Shown here piece after piece: positions 1 through 11,498 of a stretch of 64,000 bases of DNA. A program made the position numbers and the translations under genes. This stretch comes from Okamejei kenojei (Eukaryota), in assembly GCA_035221665.1 (NCBI GenBank), contig CM069137.1, forward strand, positions 76,818,001 to 76,882,000, in the 5' to 3' direction. Under the pieces are notes generated by a model that was given only the letters and a program-made list of their open reading frames with translations, ran no database searches and was not told the origin of the DNA. Position 1 is the first letter of the stretch. Each line of letters begins with the position of its first letter.

Positions 1-93
1 CATTCTCTCTGGACACCTCACACTCCAGTGTGGCAGTGGTTTCTTCTTCAACTGTTAGGTCCTCCAAAGGTTTTGTAAATTCAGCTGGTGGCT
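1..93 (-). CDS. TTN: Titin Ig I97 exon (partial)
   Basis: cag| acceptor; (E)PPAEFTKPLEDLTVEEETTATLECEVSREN. Confidence 0.93.
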
Positions 94-187
94 CTGTGAA
101 ATATTTCAATGAAAGTAATGCAATGCCAAATGTACTGTTGTGGAAGGGCAATATTTTGATATGTAATTGAATTGTTGCATTACTTAC

Positions 188-311
188 CTTGAACAATAAG
201 CTTGGCAGATGTTGTAAAGTCCTTAGCAGTGAGTTTAACTTCACCAGCTTCATGAAGCTGGACGTCTCTTAGAGTGAAAGTGTGCCTTGTGCCTTCAGCA
301 CGAGTAACAAC
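188..311 (-). CDS. TTN: Titin Ig I96, second half
   Basis: tag|VVTRAEGTRHTFTLRDVQLHEAGEVKLTAKDFTTSAKLIVQ|gtaagt. Confidence 0.93.
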
Positions 312-994
312 CTAATTCGAAATAAAAGATTGAAACTGTTAGCAAACTGAGAATATGAGTATTTGTCATATAAAAAATAACTAGGCAATTAACTACAGGC
401 AAGACAAATGATCTAGTTCAAATGACCACTGGTTTTTAATCCTAATAATCTTTTGTAATTCTCAAAACTTTGAGGAATTTATTGAAGTCATTAACAAATT
501 TAATAGCTACAAAATATTAAAAATTGCATTAAAGTTCCATACATTTTTGTTTCATAAATGTTTGAATATCTTTAGCCTTCCCTTTATTATAAGCTAATAT
601 TTTTCTGGATAACAAATGTATATAATTAAAAGCTGAATAAGTTAATTATTATTGTTTTTGTTATTCTATTTTTCAATCTGATTTTAATACTCCAGAATTA
701 ATAGTCCATTATCTTAAGTAGTCTAAAAGATAACAAAGGATCTATTTTTAATAGCAGCCAACCATGTATACAGTTTTAATTTTTATAAAATGTCACTACA
801 CTACGGTACAAATGCACAGTACTGATTTGAATGATTCTTGCTTAAATGCTATTCTGAGGTTTCATTAAGATTATTACGATTAGAATAGCAAACAGTAATG
901 TCTTTGCCCTAGTGGTATATGTATGTGAATGTTATTTGTTGTCAAACTGTTTATACCCTGCACTTCAGGTTTCAAAAATTAATCTCTTGCTCCT

Positions 995-1640
995 CATAAG
1001 ATCATTAGGTCATAAGCGATTGGAGTAGAATTAGGCCATTCGGCCCATGAAGTCAATTCCGCCATTCAATCATGGCTGATCTATCTTTCCTTCCTATCCC
1101 CATTCTCCTGCCTTCTTTCTCTCCATAACTTCAGACCCCCATACTAATGAAGAATCTATCTATCTCTGCCTTAAATATATCCATTGAGTTTGCATGTGGC
1201 AAATAATTCCACAGATTCACCACCCTCTGACTAAAGAAATTCCTCCTCAAGTGTTCAAGAGAGCGCAAGAGACATTTATTGTCACATGCACCAATTGCTA
1301 CAGTGAAATGTGGGTTACCATACAGCCATACAAATAAAAAAGAACACACACGTTAGACTTTAACATAAACATCCCCACACAGCGGAATCAAAGTTTCCCA
1401 CTGTGAGGAAAGGCACCAAAGTTCAGTCAACCCCCTCATCTCCTTCCTAAAAAAATGTCCTTTAATTCTGAGGCTATGACCTCTAGACCTACACTCTTCC
1501 ACTAGTGGAAACATCCTCTTCACATCCACTCTATCCAAGCCTTTCACTATTCCGTATGTTTCAACATGGTCCCCTCTCATTCTTCTAAACTCCAGCGAAT
1601 ATAGGCCCAGTGCCGTCAAACACTCCTTTGTTTCCATGCC
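995..1640 (-). mobile_element. CR1 LINE 3' fragment, interrupted at 1250-1433
   Basis: LGLYSLEFRRMRGD...RNFFSQRVVNLWN, CR1 ORF2 C-terminal motifs. Confidence 0.88.
1250..1433 (-). mobile_element. 3' end of a non-LTR element (related to 32359 and 34730) nested in CR1
   Basis: cctca flanks both ends; shared 3' hairpin and tttattgtca motif. Confidence 0.65.
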
Positions 1641-2594
1641 ACATTTCTATTTCACTGCTGTCAAATTTCAGATCAGTACAAATATAGTTTTACAGGGCAC
1701 CTAACTCTGAACAAAATTTGTAGATTGAAGTGGCATATAATAAATCATTTATATAAAGATAGCAAATTACATAAGTACAGTTAGGACATTTAATCTCAAA
1801 ATGATGGGTCTGCTAATGTTTCTGTAAACCATAAACACCATCATTACGATAAACAAAAATAGAGTTAGATCATGACGTAATTTCATTTTAGTATTGTATA
1901 ACAGATTTCCTTTTTTTGTTTTCTGTGGATGTGAATTAATTTAAACAGAAACTATGGAATTAAGTGGTAAAGTATGTTTAATTCTATTTGATGGAAGGAT
2001 CTTATTTTGCAGAAAAATGTCAGTGCCTTTATCTTCAGACTTTGAAAGCATCTTCATATTAAGAAAATATATTTTTGTAAAATAATTTAAGTATATTACT
2101 GTATAAGCTGTTGACAACAGTGCTTTTCGACGAGGTATTCAATTATTACCTTTCATATAAAATGATCTTTAGAGGTATAGACATCATGGTTTTATGTGCA
2201 AAACAAGAATAAGAGAACATTATTGAAATATATAGAAGTCTTTTTGGGCCTGACGTAGGCGGAGAGATGTTGATTCCCTTGTTTCAGATGGTTGGAAGTA
2301 GTGTTCACAATCTCAAAAGGCGTAGTTGCTGAATATGTGATCTTATTGGATTAGGGGAAGCACGAGAGGATGAATTAAATTTTACTGATTCCATTTTCCA
2401 AAATTTTATGATTGTAATTTTTTTTTCATTTTTAATCGAACACTTTCCAATGAGTCAAAAAGTCAACATTACATTTTAATTGCTGCACTTAAGCATTTAA
2501 GTGATTAAAAATAACCACAGAGGAACTTGGTTTATTATATTACAATGGATTATGCGAACACAAAAGTGACAATATAAAATATATATCAACATAC

Positions 2595-2737
2595 CCTGTC
2601 ACTGGGCTCAAGTAACGTGTTCTTCAAGAACCATTGGACCTCAATTCCTTCATAGGATAATTCACAATCGAAAGAAGCCGAATGTCCAGCAGTTACAGTC
2701 ACATCCTTGAGGGGCCGGAGTAAGCTGATCACTCGAG
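2595..2737 (-). CDS. TTN: Titin Ig I96, first half (likely human exon 240 equivalent)
   Basis: aag|(A)RVISLLRPLKDVTVTAGHSASFDCELSYEGIEVQWFLKNTLLEPSDR|gtatgt. Confidence 0.93.
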
Positions 2738-3225
2738 CTTTGGATGAAAAATACATTTTATATCTCTTAGCTTCAGGGGAACAGTCCCTTTAATTTTGTT
2801 TTCAGCAGACTACAATTATCTACATGAACAAACTGAATTTAAACCCTATAGTGCATATTCCATAACCTGCAAAACAAAACAACCAGCAGCAAGTCTGAAG
2901 CACATCAGAGTTATTATCATTGTTACTTTAAGGCCGTGCCTAAAATAACACCAGAAATGGTTAAATAACTGTGACCAGCTTCTGACTGCCATTTTCAAAA
3001 ATGCAGGCCTAGTATATATGTGACTTCCATATGCAAACCTGCAACTTTAAACACAAAAATATTGGTTGGTTTTAGGTGGGAGGCTTGCAGTTGTTCATTA
3101 AGTTCAGGTCACTATGAATATTCATTAGTAAAAGGCAAACATAATGTTGGGAAACCTTAAGTATCAAGTGCAGTTTTTCTTGACTAGTAACAGTAATGAT
3201 GAATTAACGTTAATCACATATCTAC
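2738..3225 (-). promoter_or_regulatory. Candidate Cronos internal promoter, 5'UTR and start codon (ATG 2756-2754)
   Basis: In-frame aaaATG giving MYFSSKARVIS...; GATA sites, E-box and MEF2-like AT elements; intron position matches human intron 239 by exon counting. Confidence 0.6.
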
Positions 3226-3352
3226 CTTTGACCCTCAAATGAGCACTGGTTTTGGCATTAGCAGCCTGGAATTCAACTTCACCCGCTTGATCCATTTGCA
3301 CGTTGTAGAGTATAAGAAAATGTTTTGTGCTTTCCTTTTTAATTTCACAGTC
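3226..3352 (-). CDS. TTN: Titin Ig I95, second half
   Basis: cag|DCEIKKESTKHFLILYNVQMDQAGEVEFQAANAKTSAHLRVK|gtaga. Confidence 0.93.
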
Positions 3353-3488
3353 CTGAATTGGAATTAAACAAAGTCAAAGTGTTAAGGAAGGAATACAAAA
3401 AGGTAAAACTTCAATAAATAACAATTTCCAGCATCAGCATCCCTTGCATCTCTGAAAAACTTCACCAATTGCTAATGTTAAAACTTAC

Positions 3489-3628
3489 AGCAGTAGGACG
3501 CAATTTCTCCTCCTTCAGCTTCCAATTGCCATGTACATCTTCTTCAGAAATTTCAGTCTCAAAACGTGCAATTTCTGTTTCTGTGACTTCAACACTGTAC
3601 AGTGGACGCAATATCTTAATATCACGCT
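3489..3628 (-). CDS. TTN: Titin Ig I95, first half
   Basis: (E)RDIKILRPLYSVEVTETEIARFETEISEEDVHGNWKLK; AG/GT boundaries. Confidence 0.93.
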
Positions 3629-3777
3629 CTGAAACACAATAAAATGAAATCAAACATTTCACCCAAATTTGTTTAAAATACCATTATTTATTTTCTTCAT
3701 GGTTCTGAGTGCTATCCGTAAACAACTCCAAAATACACTGATTAATAGGCTTTACAATGGTGCGCAGCTATTTTTAC

Positions 3778-4044
3778 CTTCAATGTTTAGATTGGCTGAT
3801 GTGTTATCAGAGCCACAGTCACAAGAATATTGCCCCTGATCATTCTTCATAGCTCGTTTCATGATCAATATTCGTTTCCGACCATCTGTTTTTATCTGAA
3901 TATTCTTTGAAAGAATCAGTTCTTTTTCATCCTTAAACCATTTAACTGGAGCAGCCGATTTACTGATTTCACACTGGAAGACAACTTCATCTTTTTCTAC
4001 AGCTGTGTAATTTTGTAGTTTACTGATAAAGTATGGGTCACCCT
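3778..4044 (-). CDS. TTN: Titin Ig I94
   Basis: 267 nt, EGDPYFISKLQNYTAVEKDEVVFQCEISK... Confidence 0.94.
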
Positions 4045-4155
4045 CTGTGAAAATCAGAAAGTGAATCAAGTTAGAAGCAGTGAAGATTAAATGCAGCGTT
4101 TCAGTTCAAAGCTTAATTAGCAAATAACTTGTGTGTTTAAATACATATAATTTAC

Positions 4156-4422
4156 CAAGGACTGTAAGTTTAGCCTCTGAACTTTTGTCCATTGCTTCAA
4201 TTTTGATGAGAGAAGTATCATCAATGGTCACATCCTTGAATGTGATGGAATGGATCTTATGCTCGTCTTTCATTGTCACTGATCGACTTGGATGTAGACG
4301 GATGTCATTTTTGTACCATGCAACCTGAATGCTTTCATGCGAAAGCTCAGCTACAAATTCTGCAGTTTCGCGTTCTTTTACAGTTTGGTCTTCGAGAGGT
4401 TTGTTGAATTCTAGTCGTATAC
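4156..4422 (-). CDS. TTN: Titin Ig I93
   Basis: 267 nt, GIRLEFNKPLEDQTVKERETAEFVAELSHE...SEAKLTVL. Confidence 0.93.
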
Positions 4423-4512
4423 CTGTGAAAAATTAATGATTTGAATTAAATTCTACACAAATAAGAAAATAGCTTTAACTGGAGACATTACAGTTTTGGT
4501 CCTTTTACTTGC

Positions 4513-4779
4513 CTTGGATAATTAGTTTGGCACTTGTCCTTTTATCCTCTGCTTCGAAAATGTATTTTCCCTCATCGTCAAATGCAGCTTCTTTAACTAC
4601 TAACATATGCTTCATCCCTTCCACTAACATTTCAAATTTATCATTAGGTTTAATTTCCTCACTTCCTTTTAACCAACGGAAAGTCTTAGCCTCTCTGGAC
4701 ACTTCACATTCAAACTTTGCTTCATCTTTCTCATATATTTTCACATCACTAAGTGGTACAATGAAGGTGAGTGGAATTT
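4513..4779 (-). CDS. TTN: Titin Ig I92 (GC donor)
   Basis: 267 nt, EIPLTFIVPLSDVKIYEKDEAKFECEVSRE...; ends AG|GCAAGT. Confidence 0.92.
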
Positions 4780-4936
4780 CTGGAGGGAAATACAGGAAAT
4801 TAAAAAAATTAGACCGTTTATGTTAAATGCTGAAATCATTCATGCCATTGTTAAGAATATACAAGCTTAAAATACATTTGCTAAAACACACCAAAAGATA
4901 AATATTTGCAGCTCTTTCAAGTGAATTACAAATTAC

Positions 4937-5063
4937 CTTTGACTTTCATATTTGCTGCAGATTTAGCATTTGCAGCCTGGAAAGAAATTTCTCCAGAATC
5001 ACTTAGTTTGCAATTGTAAAGAGTCAGAATGTGTTTTTTGCCATCCTCAACAATCTCGCATTG
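4937..5063 (-). CDS. TTN: Titin Ig I91 (I27), second half
   Basis: QCEIVEDGKKHILTLYNCKLSDSGEISFQAANAKSAANMKVK. Confidence 0.94.
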
Positions 5064-5140
5064 CTGTAAATAAGATAAAGGCATATTTGGATGTCATTTT
5101 TTATATTAAAAATTGTGCAATATTTTCCACCTCAAATACA

Positions 5141-5171
5141 TACACACACGCACACACACACACACACACAC
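5141..5171. repeat. (CA)n microsatellite
   Basis: About 15 CA units. Confidence 0.9.
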
Positions 5172-5326
5172 ATATGTGTAGTATTCCACATTTAATTTAG
5201 TATTTATTAAAATTGTGATTTTATAATTAAAATTAACTAGCACAATTCTTAGGAAAAATTATTCTCGCAGAATTCCAAAAGGGAAAGGAACAATTAAGTT
5301 CAAACCAAATTAAGAAAACAACGTAC

Positions 5327-5466
5327 AGGTGACATGAGCAAAGTTTTGCCGTTCAGCTTCCACTGGAGATGCACATCAGTATCTGAAATCTCCACTTCAA
5401 AGCGGGCTGTTTCACCTTCGAAGATTTCTAGCCCATGCAATGGGCGTACCACCTTGATGATACGAG
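5327..5466 (-). CDS. TTN: Titin Ig I91 (I27), first half
   Basis: (A)RIIKVVRPLHGLEIFEGETARFEVEISDTDVHLQWKLNGKTLLMSP. Confidence 0.94.
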
Positions 5467-5565
5467 CTGTAATCACATTAGTGATAAAAATTGTTGTTTA
5501 AGGTGCACATTTAGAAAGAACCTGATAATGAGATATCTATACATACTCATTCATAAAGTATATAC

Positions 5566-5829
5566 CTTCAATGTTGACAGATGCTTTTGTCTTGTCAGTT
5601 CCACAGTCACATTCATATTCACCCTTGTCCTTATTGTCAACTCTTTTGATTGTTAAAATACAGCGTTTCCCAACAACTTTCATTAAAACTGTTTTTGATA
5701 CTTTGATTTCTTTGCCATCCTTTAGCCATTTAACTGGCACTTCTTTGCTGAGTTCACATTCAAGACTGATGTCATCTCTCTCTACAGCAGTATAATCTTG
5801 TAGTTTCACAGTGAAATATGGGTCAGCAT
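5566..5829 (-). CDS. TTN: Titin Ig I90
   Basis: 264 nt, DADPYFTVKLQDYTAVERDDISLECELSK... Confidence 0.94.
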
Positions 5830-6029
5830 CTGTGGATGAAAGAAAAAGTTACTATTTTGCCTGAAGAAAGATTGTTTCTTTAATAGAATGTACATTGTTA
5901 AGACTTCCCATTGACCATCAACAACATATTTATTTTTTAAATATTTTATCCTCACCATTATGCTAAGACCTGAACACAACACATTAATTAACAGCAGAAT
6001 TCAAAACAATCGCTTGACTTAATTCTCAC

Positions 6030-6296
6030 CTATGACATTCAGATTACATTTCGTGGCGAGCTGGGCAACCTCTGCCCGTATCTGACATGTATCATCACGA
6101 GTTACTTCTTTAATTTCTAACGTGTGCTTCTTCCCATCACTGATAACCAAATTAGTTCTGCTTGGATGAATCTTGATTTCATTCTTGTACCAAGTCACTG
6201 GGAGATTTTCATGTGAGAGTTCAATTTCAAAGTGAGCCGAGTTGCCTTCTTTGACTGTCTGATCTTTTAGTGGTGTAATTAACTTCAATCGCATAC
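6030..6296 (-). CDS. TTN: Titin Ig I89
   Basis: 267 nt, GMRLKLITPLKDQTVKEGNSAHFEIELSHE... Confidence 0.94.
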
Positions 6297-6409
6297 CTGA
6301 AGTATAAAGTCATAATGAGCAGTTATATTACAGTAGTTTAAGATCAAATAATCAATTATTCAAGTCAAATCAAAATCTTGAAAGGTACATGAACTGCTAT
6401 TATTTGCCG

Positions 6410-6745
6410 ATGGTGCAAAAAACTGCAGATGCTGAAAATCTGAAATATAAACAGAAAACGTTGGAAATACCCAACTGGTAAGGCAGTATACATGAAATAA
6501 TAAACAGAGCTAATACTTAGGTCATAGACTCTGTGTCAGAACCGGGCAAAAGAGAAACAGGCTAGTTTTGTTTTGCAGAAAGGATAGGGGAAAAATAAAT
6601 AAGAGAAAGGGAATATCTCTGATTGTATGTCGCTAGGATTGTGATGGGAGAGCAGAGTTTGAGGAAATTAATCAGTTTAGGATTCAATGTTGAGTCCAGG
6701 CTCCAACATTCCTACATGGAAGATGAGACACTGTTCCTCCTTAAC
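6410..6745 (-). mobile_element. Old Penelope-like element remnant
   Basis: Minus-strand EEQCLIFHVGMLEPGLNIES* resembles the PLE GIY-YIG endonuclease C-terminus; followed by decayed pLTR. Confidence 0.65.
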
Positions 6746-6814
6746 CTACAACCTATCTCTATAATAACTGTGCTCCAGGACTCTGCAACTGAAAACAAAC
6801 TTGTTTTCTTTACT

Positions 6815-7075
6815 CACCATAAGACATAGGAGCATAATTAGGCCATTGAGCCCTTCTAGTCTACTCCACCATTTAATCATGGCTGATCTATCTTTCCCTC
6901 TCAGCCACATTCTCCTGCCTTCTCTCTGTAACCATTGACACCCTTACTAATCAAGAATCTACTAATCGCTCTATTAAAAATACAAAATGACTTGGCCACC
7001 ACAGCCATAAGTGGAAATAAGTTGCACAGATTCACCACACTCTATGCTAAAGAAATTTCTCCTCATCTCCTCTAA
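6815..7075 (-). mobile_element. CR1 3' end fragment
   Basis: Homologous to other CR1 3' UTRs in the window. Confidence 0.8.
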
Positions 7076-7179
7076 AAAAACCTTGCCAGTTATTTTAAAA
7101 AAATGTTCATCTTAAACGTTAATTTGGTTTCTCTTTCCATAGCTGCTGCTTAATGTTTCCACATATTTTACTAGTTTGT

Positions 7180-7330
7180 GTATGGTGGAACTGCAGATGC
7201 TGGTTTACACCAAAGATAGACACAAAATGCTTGAGTAACTCAGCGGGACAGAAGAAGGGTCTCGACCGAAATGTCACCCATACCTTCTCTCCAGAGATAC
7301 TCCCTGTCCTGCTGAGTTACTCCAGCAATA
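7180..7330. mobile_element. Penelope-derived inverted pLTR fragment pair
   Basis: gagtaactcagcgggacag ... ctgtcctgctgagttactc inverted; truncated hammerhead core. Confidence 0.65.
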
Positions 7331-7730
7331 TTGAGGGATTACAGCTTTTCGGGGAATATTCTTAAACTTAGGACTATATGTCTCCTCAAATGGAGTTGAA
7401 AGAGAGTATGAGAGTTTTTTTCTCATCTCATGGCCAACATTTTTCCCCTCGATTACCATTAACTCAGCTTATGGTCATGAATTTATAACAATTAATGGGA
7501 ATTTTGTGTTTTTTCTATGTTACTTCTATGACTACTTTAAAATAGTCTTTCAATCACTGAAAGTAAGCGTGCAGGTACAGCAGGCAGTGAAGAAAGCTAA
7601 TGGCATGTTGGAACTTCATAACAAGAGGAGTTGAGTATAGGAACAAAGAGGTCCTTCTGCAGTTGTACAGGGCCCTGGTGAGATCACACCTGGAGTATTG
7701 TGTGCAGTTTTGGTCTCCAAATTTGAGGTA

Positions 7731-10353
7731 TTACTTTATATTACAAAGCCGGAAATTAGTATTCCTAACTGATTAGATTTAATAACTCAATTTGGATTGA
7801 TTTCAGGATATAGAATTAATTGGAATAAAAGTGAACATGCCAATAATGGGAAATAACTCACATATATTACAACAATATCCTTTTAAGATAGCCAATGAAA
7901 AAATAAAATATCTTGGAATTAATGTAACAAAAAGATATGATTCTTTATTTAAATCTAATTTCCCACCCCTATTGAATAAACTACTTAAGAATATCCTATA
8001 TTGGAAAACATTGCCTATTTCAATGCTAGGTAGAATTAATGCGATAAAAATGATTTTTCTTCCTCAATTATTATACCTGTTTCAACTGATCCCGATATAT
8101 CTTCCTAAAAAATGTTTTAAGAAAGTGGACTCTATAGTTACCAACTTTATTTGGAATTATAAGAGCCATAGAATAAATTAAAAATATCTATGTAAATCAA
8201 AAATGAATGGAGGTTTTGCATTGCCTAATTTTATGTTTTATTATTGGGCATTTAAACATAGAAACATAGAAATTTAGAAATTAGGTGCAGGAGTAGGCCA
8301 TTCAGCCCTTCGAGCCTGCACCGCCATTCAATATGATCATGGCTGATCATCCAACTCAGTATCCCGTACCTGCCTTCTCTCCATACCCTCTGATCCCCTT
8401 AGCCACAAGGGCCACATCCAACTCACTCTTAAATATAGCCAATGAACTGGCCTCAACTACCCTCTGTGGCAGAGAGTTCCAGAGACTCACCACTCTCTGT
8501 GTGAAAAAAGTCTTTCTCATCTCGGTCTTAAAGGATTTCCCCCTTATCCTTAAGCTGTGACCCCTTGTCCTGGACTTCCCCAACATCGGGAACAATCTTC
8601 CTGCATCTAGCCTGTCCAACCCCTTAAGAATTTTGTAAGTTTCTATAAGATCCCCTCTCAATCTCCTAAATTCCAGAGAGTATAAACCAAGTCTATCCAG
8701 TCTTTCTTCATAAGACAGTCCTGACATCCCAGGAATCAGTCTGGTGAACCTTCTCTGCACTCCCTCTATGGCAATAATGTCCTTCCTCAGATTTGGAGAC
8801 CAAAACTGTACGCAATACTCCAGGTGTGGTCTCACCAAGACCCTGTACAACTGAAGTAGAACCTCCCTGCTCCTGTACTCAAATCCTTTTGCTATGAAAG
8901 CTAACATACCATTCGCTTTTTTCACTGCCTGCTGCACCTGCATGCCTACTTTCAATGACTAGTGTACCATGACACCCAGGTCTCGCTGCATCTCCCCTTT
9001 TCCTAATCGGCCACCATTTAAATAATAGTCTGCTTTCCTGTTTTTGCCACCAAAGTGGATTTAATATTAAAAATATGAATTTTTGGTTGGAAGAAGTAGA
9101 TAAACAACCAAACTGGTTCAAAATGGAAAAGGATGATTGTTCACCTTTTGAAATTAGCTCGATTTTATTTGCTAATACTAAAATACATTAAAAAAGTTAT
9201 AGAGGAAATCCAATAATAGAAAGTGGCATACGTATTTGGAAACGATTAAATAAAACATTAAAATTAGAAAGTATACCACTGGCTCTTCCCATTGCAAATA
9301 ACAGCACTTTTAAACCTTCAATGATGGATAAAGGTTTTTTAAAATGGAAGAACTATGGAATAAATAAGATGGGTGATCACTACAGGGAAAGTTTATTCCT
9401 TTCATTTCAGGAATTACAACAAAATTATGGATTACGCTCAAAAGAATACTTTAGATATTTACAAATTAGAGCCTATGTTAAATCAAACACACAGGATTTT
9501 AGAAATAGAAAGACAGAACTTTTAGATGAATGTCTAAATAAATATCCGAATACAGAAAATTAATCATATATTTATAATATTTTACTGGAAAATGATTTAC
9601 CAAACTCGGAAATATATAGGCAAGCATGGGAAAACGAATTAGGACAAACAATTAGTGTAGAGGTATGGAATGAAAGTTTACAACATATACACCACTGCTC
9701 ATTAAATGCCAGACACTCCCTGATACAATTTAAAGTTTTACATAGATTACACTTTTCGAAATCCAAATTAAACAGAATTTTTTTCAAATGTTTCTGCTAT
9801 ATGTGATAAATGTCAGCATTTAGAAGCTAATCTAACGCATTCATTCTCAAAATTGTATAAAAATTACTAATTTTTGGATAGAAATTTTTAACATAATCTC
9901 GAAAGTAGTTAATGCATATCTGACTCCAGACTCAAAATTAATCATATTAGGAATAATAGAAACGGATCATCTACTAACAACACAGCAAATAATTTTTATT
10001 GGTTATAGTTTAATAATTGGTAAAAAAACTAATACTAAGATTTTGGAAAGGTCCTACATCCCCCACAATCAAAATGTGGATTACAGAAATGTCGGAGACA
10101 CTTCACCTGGAAAGACTAAGACTTGTCCTTTTGGACAAGCTAGATCAATTCAGAGGAATATGGTCTCCATTTATTGAATACTTAAAGGGTCAAGGAGGTC
10201 CGGTTCGAGGGCCTGACTGAAGCCTGAATAAAGGAATAGATGAAGAACTATATACAAAAGACCAAATATGTTTTTTCTTTTTTGATTGTATGTTATTCCT
10301 TTTTAATATGTATTTACTTCTAATAAAAATATTTTACATAAACAAAAAAAAAA
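7731..10353 (+). mobile_element. 5'-truncated L1/Tx1-clade LINE
   Basis: IKYLGI, WKTLPISMLGRINAIKMIFLPQLLY, CDKC zinc knuckle; AATAAA plus A-tail; TSD caaatttgaggta. Confidence 0.92.
8256..9058 (-). mobile_element. Young CR1 nested inside the L1
   Basis: Intact 199-aa ORF2 C-terminus, (ttctatgt)n tail, atttaa on both flanks. Confidence 0.93.
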
Positions 10354-11231
10354 CAAATTTGAGGTAGGATATTCTTGCTATTGAGGGAGTGCAGCGTAGA
10401 ATCACGAGATTAATTCCCGGGATGGCAGGATAGTCATATGTTGAAAGAATGGAGCGACTGGGTTTGTATACACTGGAATTTATTTACACTGGAAGGAAGA
10501 GAGGGGATCTTATTGAAACATATAAGATTATTAAGGGATTGTATACGCTGAAGGCAGGAAACATGTACCCCATGTTGGGGGAGTCCAGAACCAGGGGCCA
10601 CTGTTTAAGAATAAGGGGTATGCCATTTAGAACGGAGATGAGGAAAAACTTTGTCACACAGATAGTTGTGAATCTGTGGAATTCTCTACCTCAGAAGACA
10701 GTGGAGGCCGATTCTCTGGATGCTTTCAAGAGAGAGTTCTTAAAGACAGCGGAGTCAATGGATATGGGGAGAAGGCAGGAACGGGGTACTGATTGTGGAT
10801 GATCAGCCATGATCACAGTGAATGACGGTGTTGACTCGAAGGGCCGAATGGCCTACTCCTGCACCTGTTGTCTATGCACCTTAAGAAATTCTGAGTCAGC
10901 GAAAGCTATTAAAAAGCCAAACAATTGTGTGTTTTATGAATGATTTCCTGGTTTTATGACAAAGCAGCACCAAATGCCTAACTAGTCAATTAATACAAAT
11001 AACACATTCAGTATGATGAAATATGCACAATTGCTCCACAGGTTTCCCACAAAATACCAATCAAGATGACTGCATAATATAAAAAAAGTGACCTCATATT
11101 TATTGGAATAGATTTCACAAACATTTGTTATTCAGGTTTAACATACTCAAATGTAGAAATATTTCAATTAGATGTTACAGGCACATTCAATTGAGTTACA
11201 GTTCAACTATAATTTAGAAGACAAAATGTAC

Positions 11232-11498
11232 CTGTCACAGTCAGTTTTGCAGTTGATTTCTTGCCTTCAATTTCAGCAGTATAATCTCCTTCATCATCAA
11301 ATGTTGATTTATTGATAACAAGAATCTGCTTCTTTCTATCTGTGACTAAATCATACTTTTCACCACTCTTAAGTATGTCACTGCCTTTCATCCACAGAAT
11401 TTTGGGAACCTCCTTGTTAAGTACACACTCAAACCTTGCCTGACGTTTCTCTGGAACAGTCACGTCTTTCAATGGTGTCGCAAAGTCAACTTCTATTT
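11232..11498 (-). CDS. TTN: Titin Ig I88
   Basis: 267 nt, EIEVDFATPLKDVTVPEKRQARFECVL... Confidence 0.94.

Larger units (their letters stand above)
7545..10877 (+). mobile_element. Older CR1 (7545-7730 and 10354-10877) split by an L1
   Basis: [12 protein letters not shown]...[11 protein letters not shown] continues after the L1 into ILAIEGVQRR...LGLYTLEF. Confidence 0.9.

Noticed and set aside
312-369. ATG upstream of the second I96 exon as an alternative Cronos start
   Set aside because: Out of frame, and the in-frame reading hits the TAG acceptor as a stop
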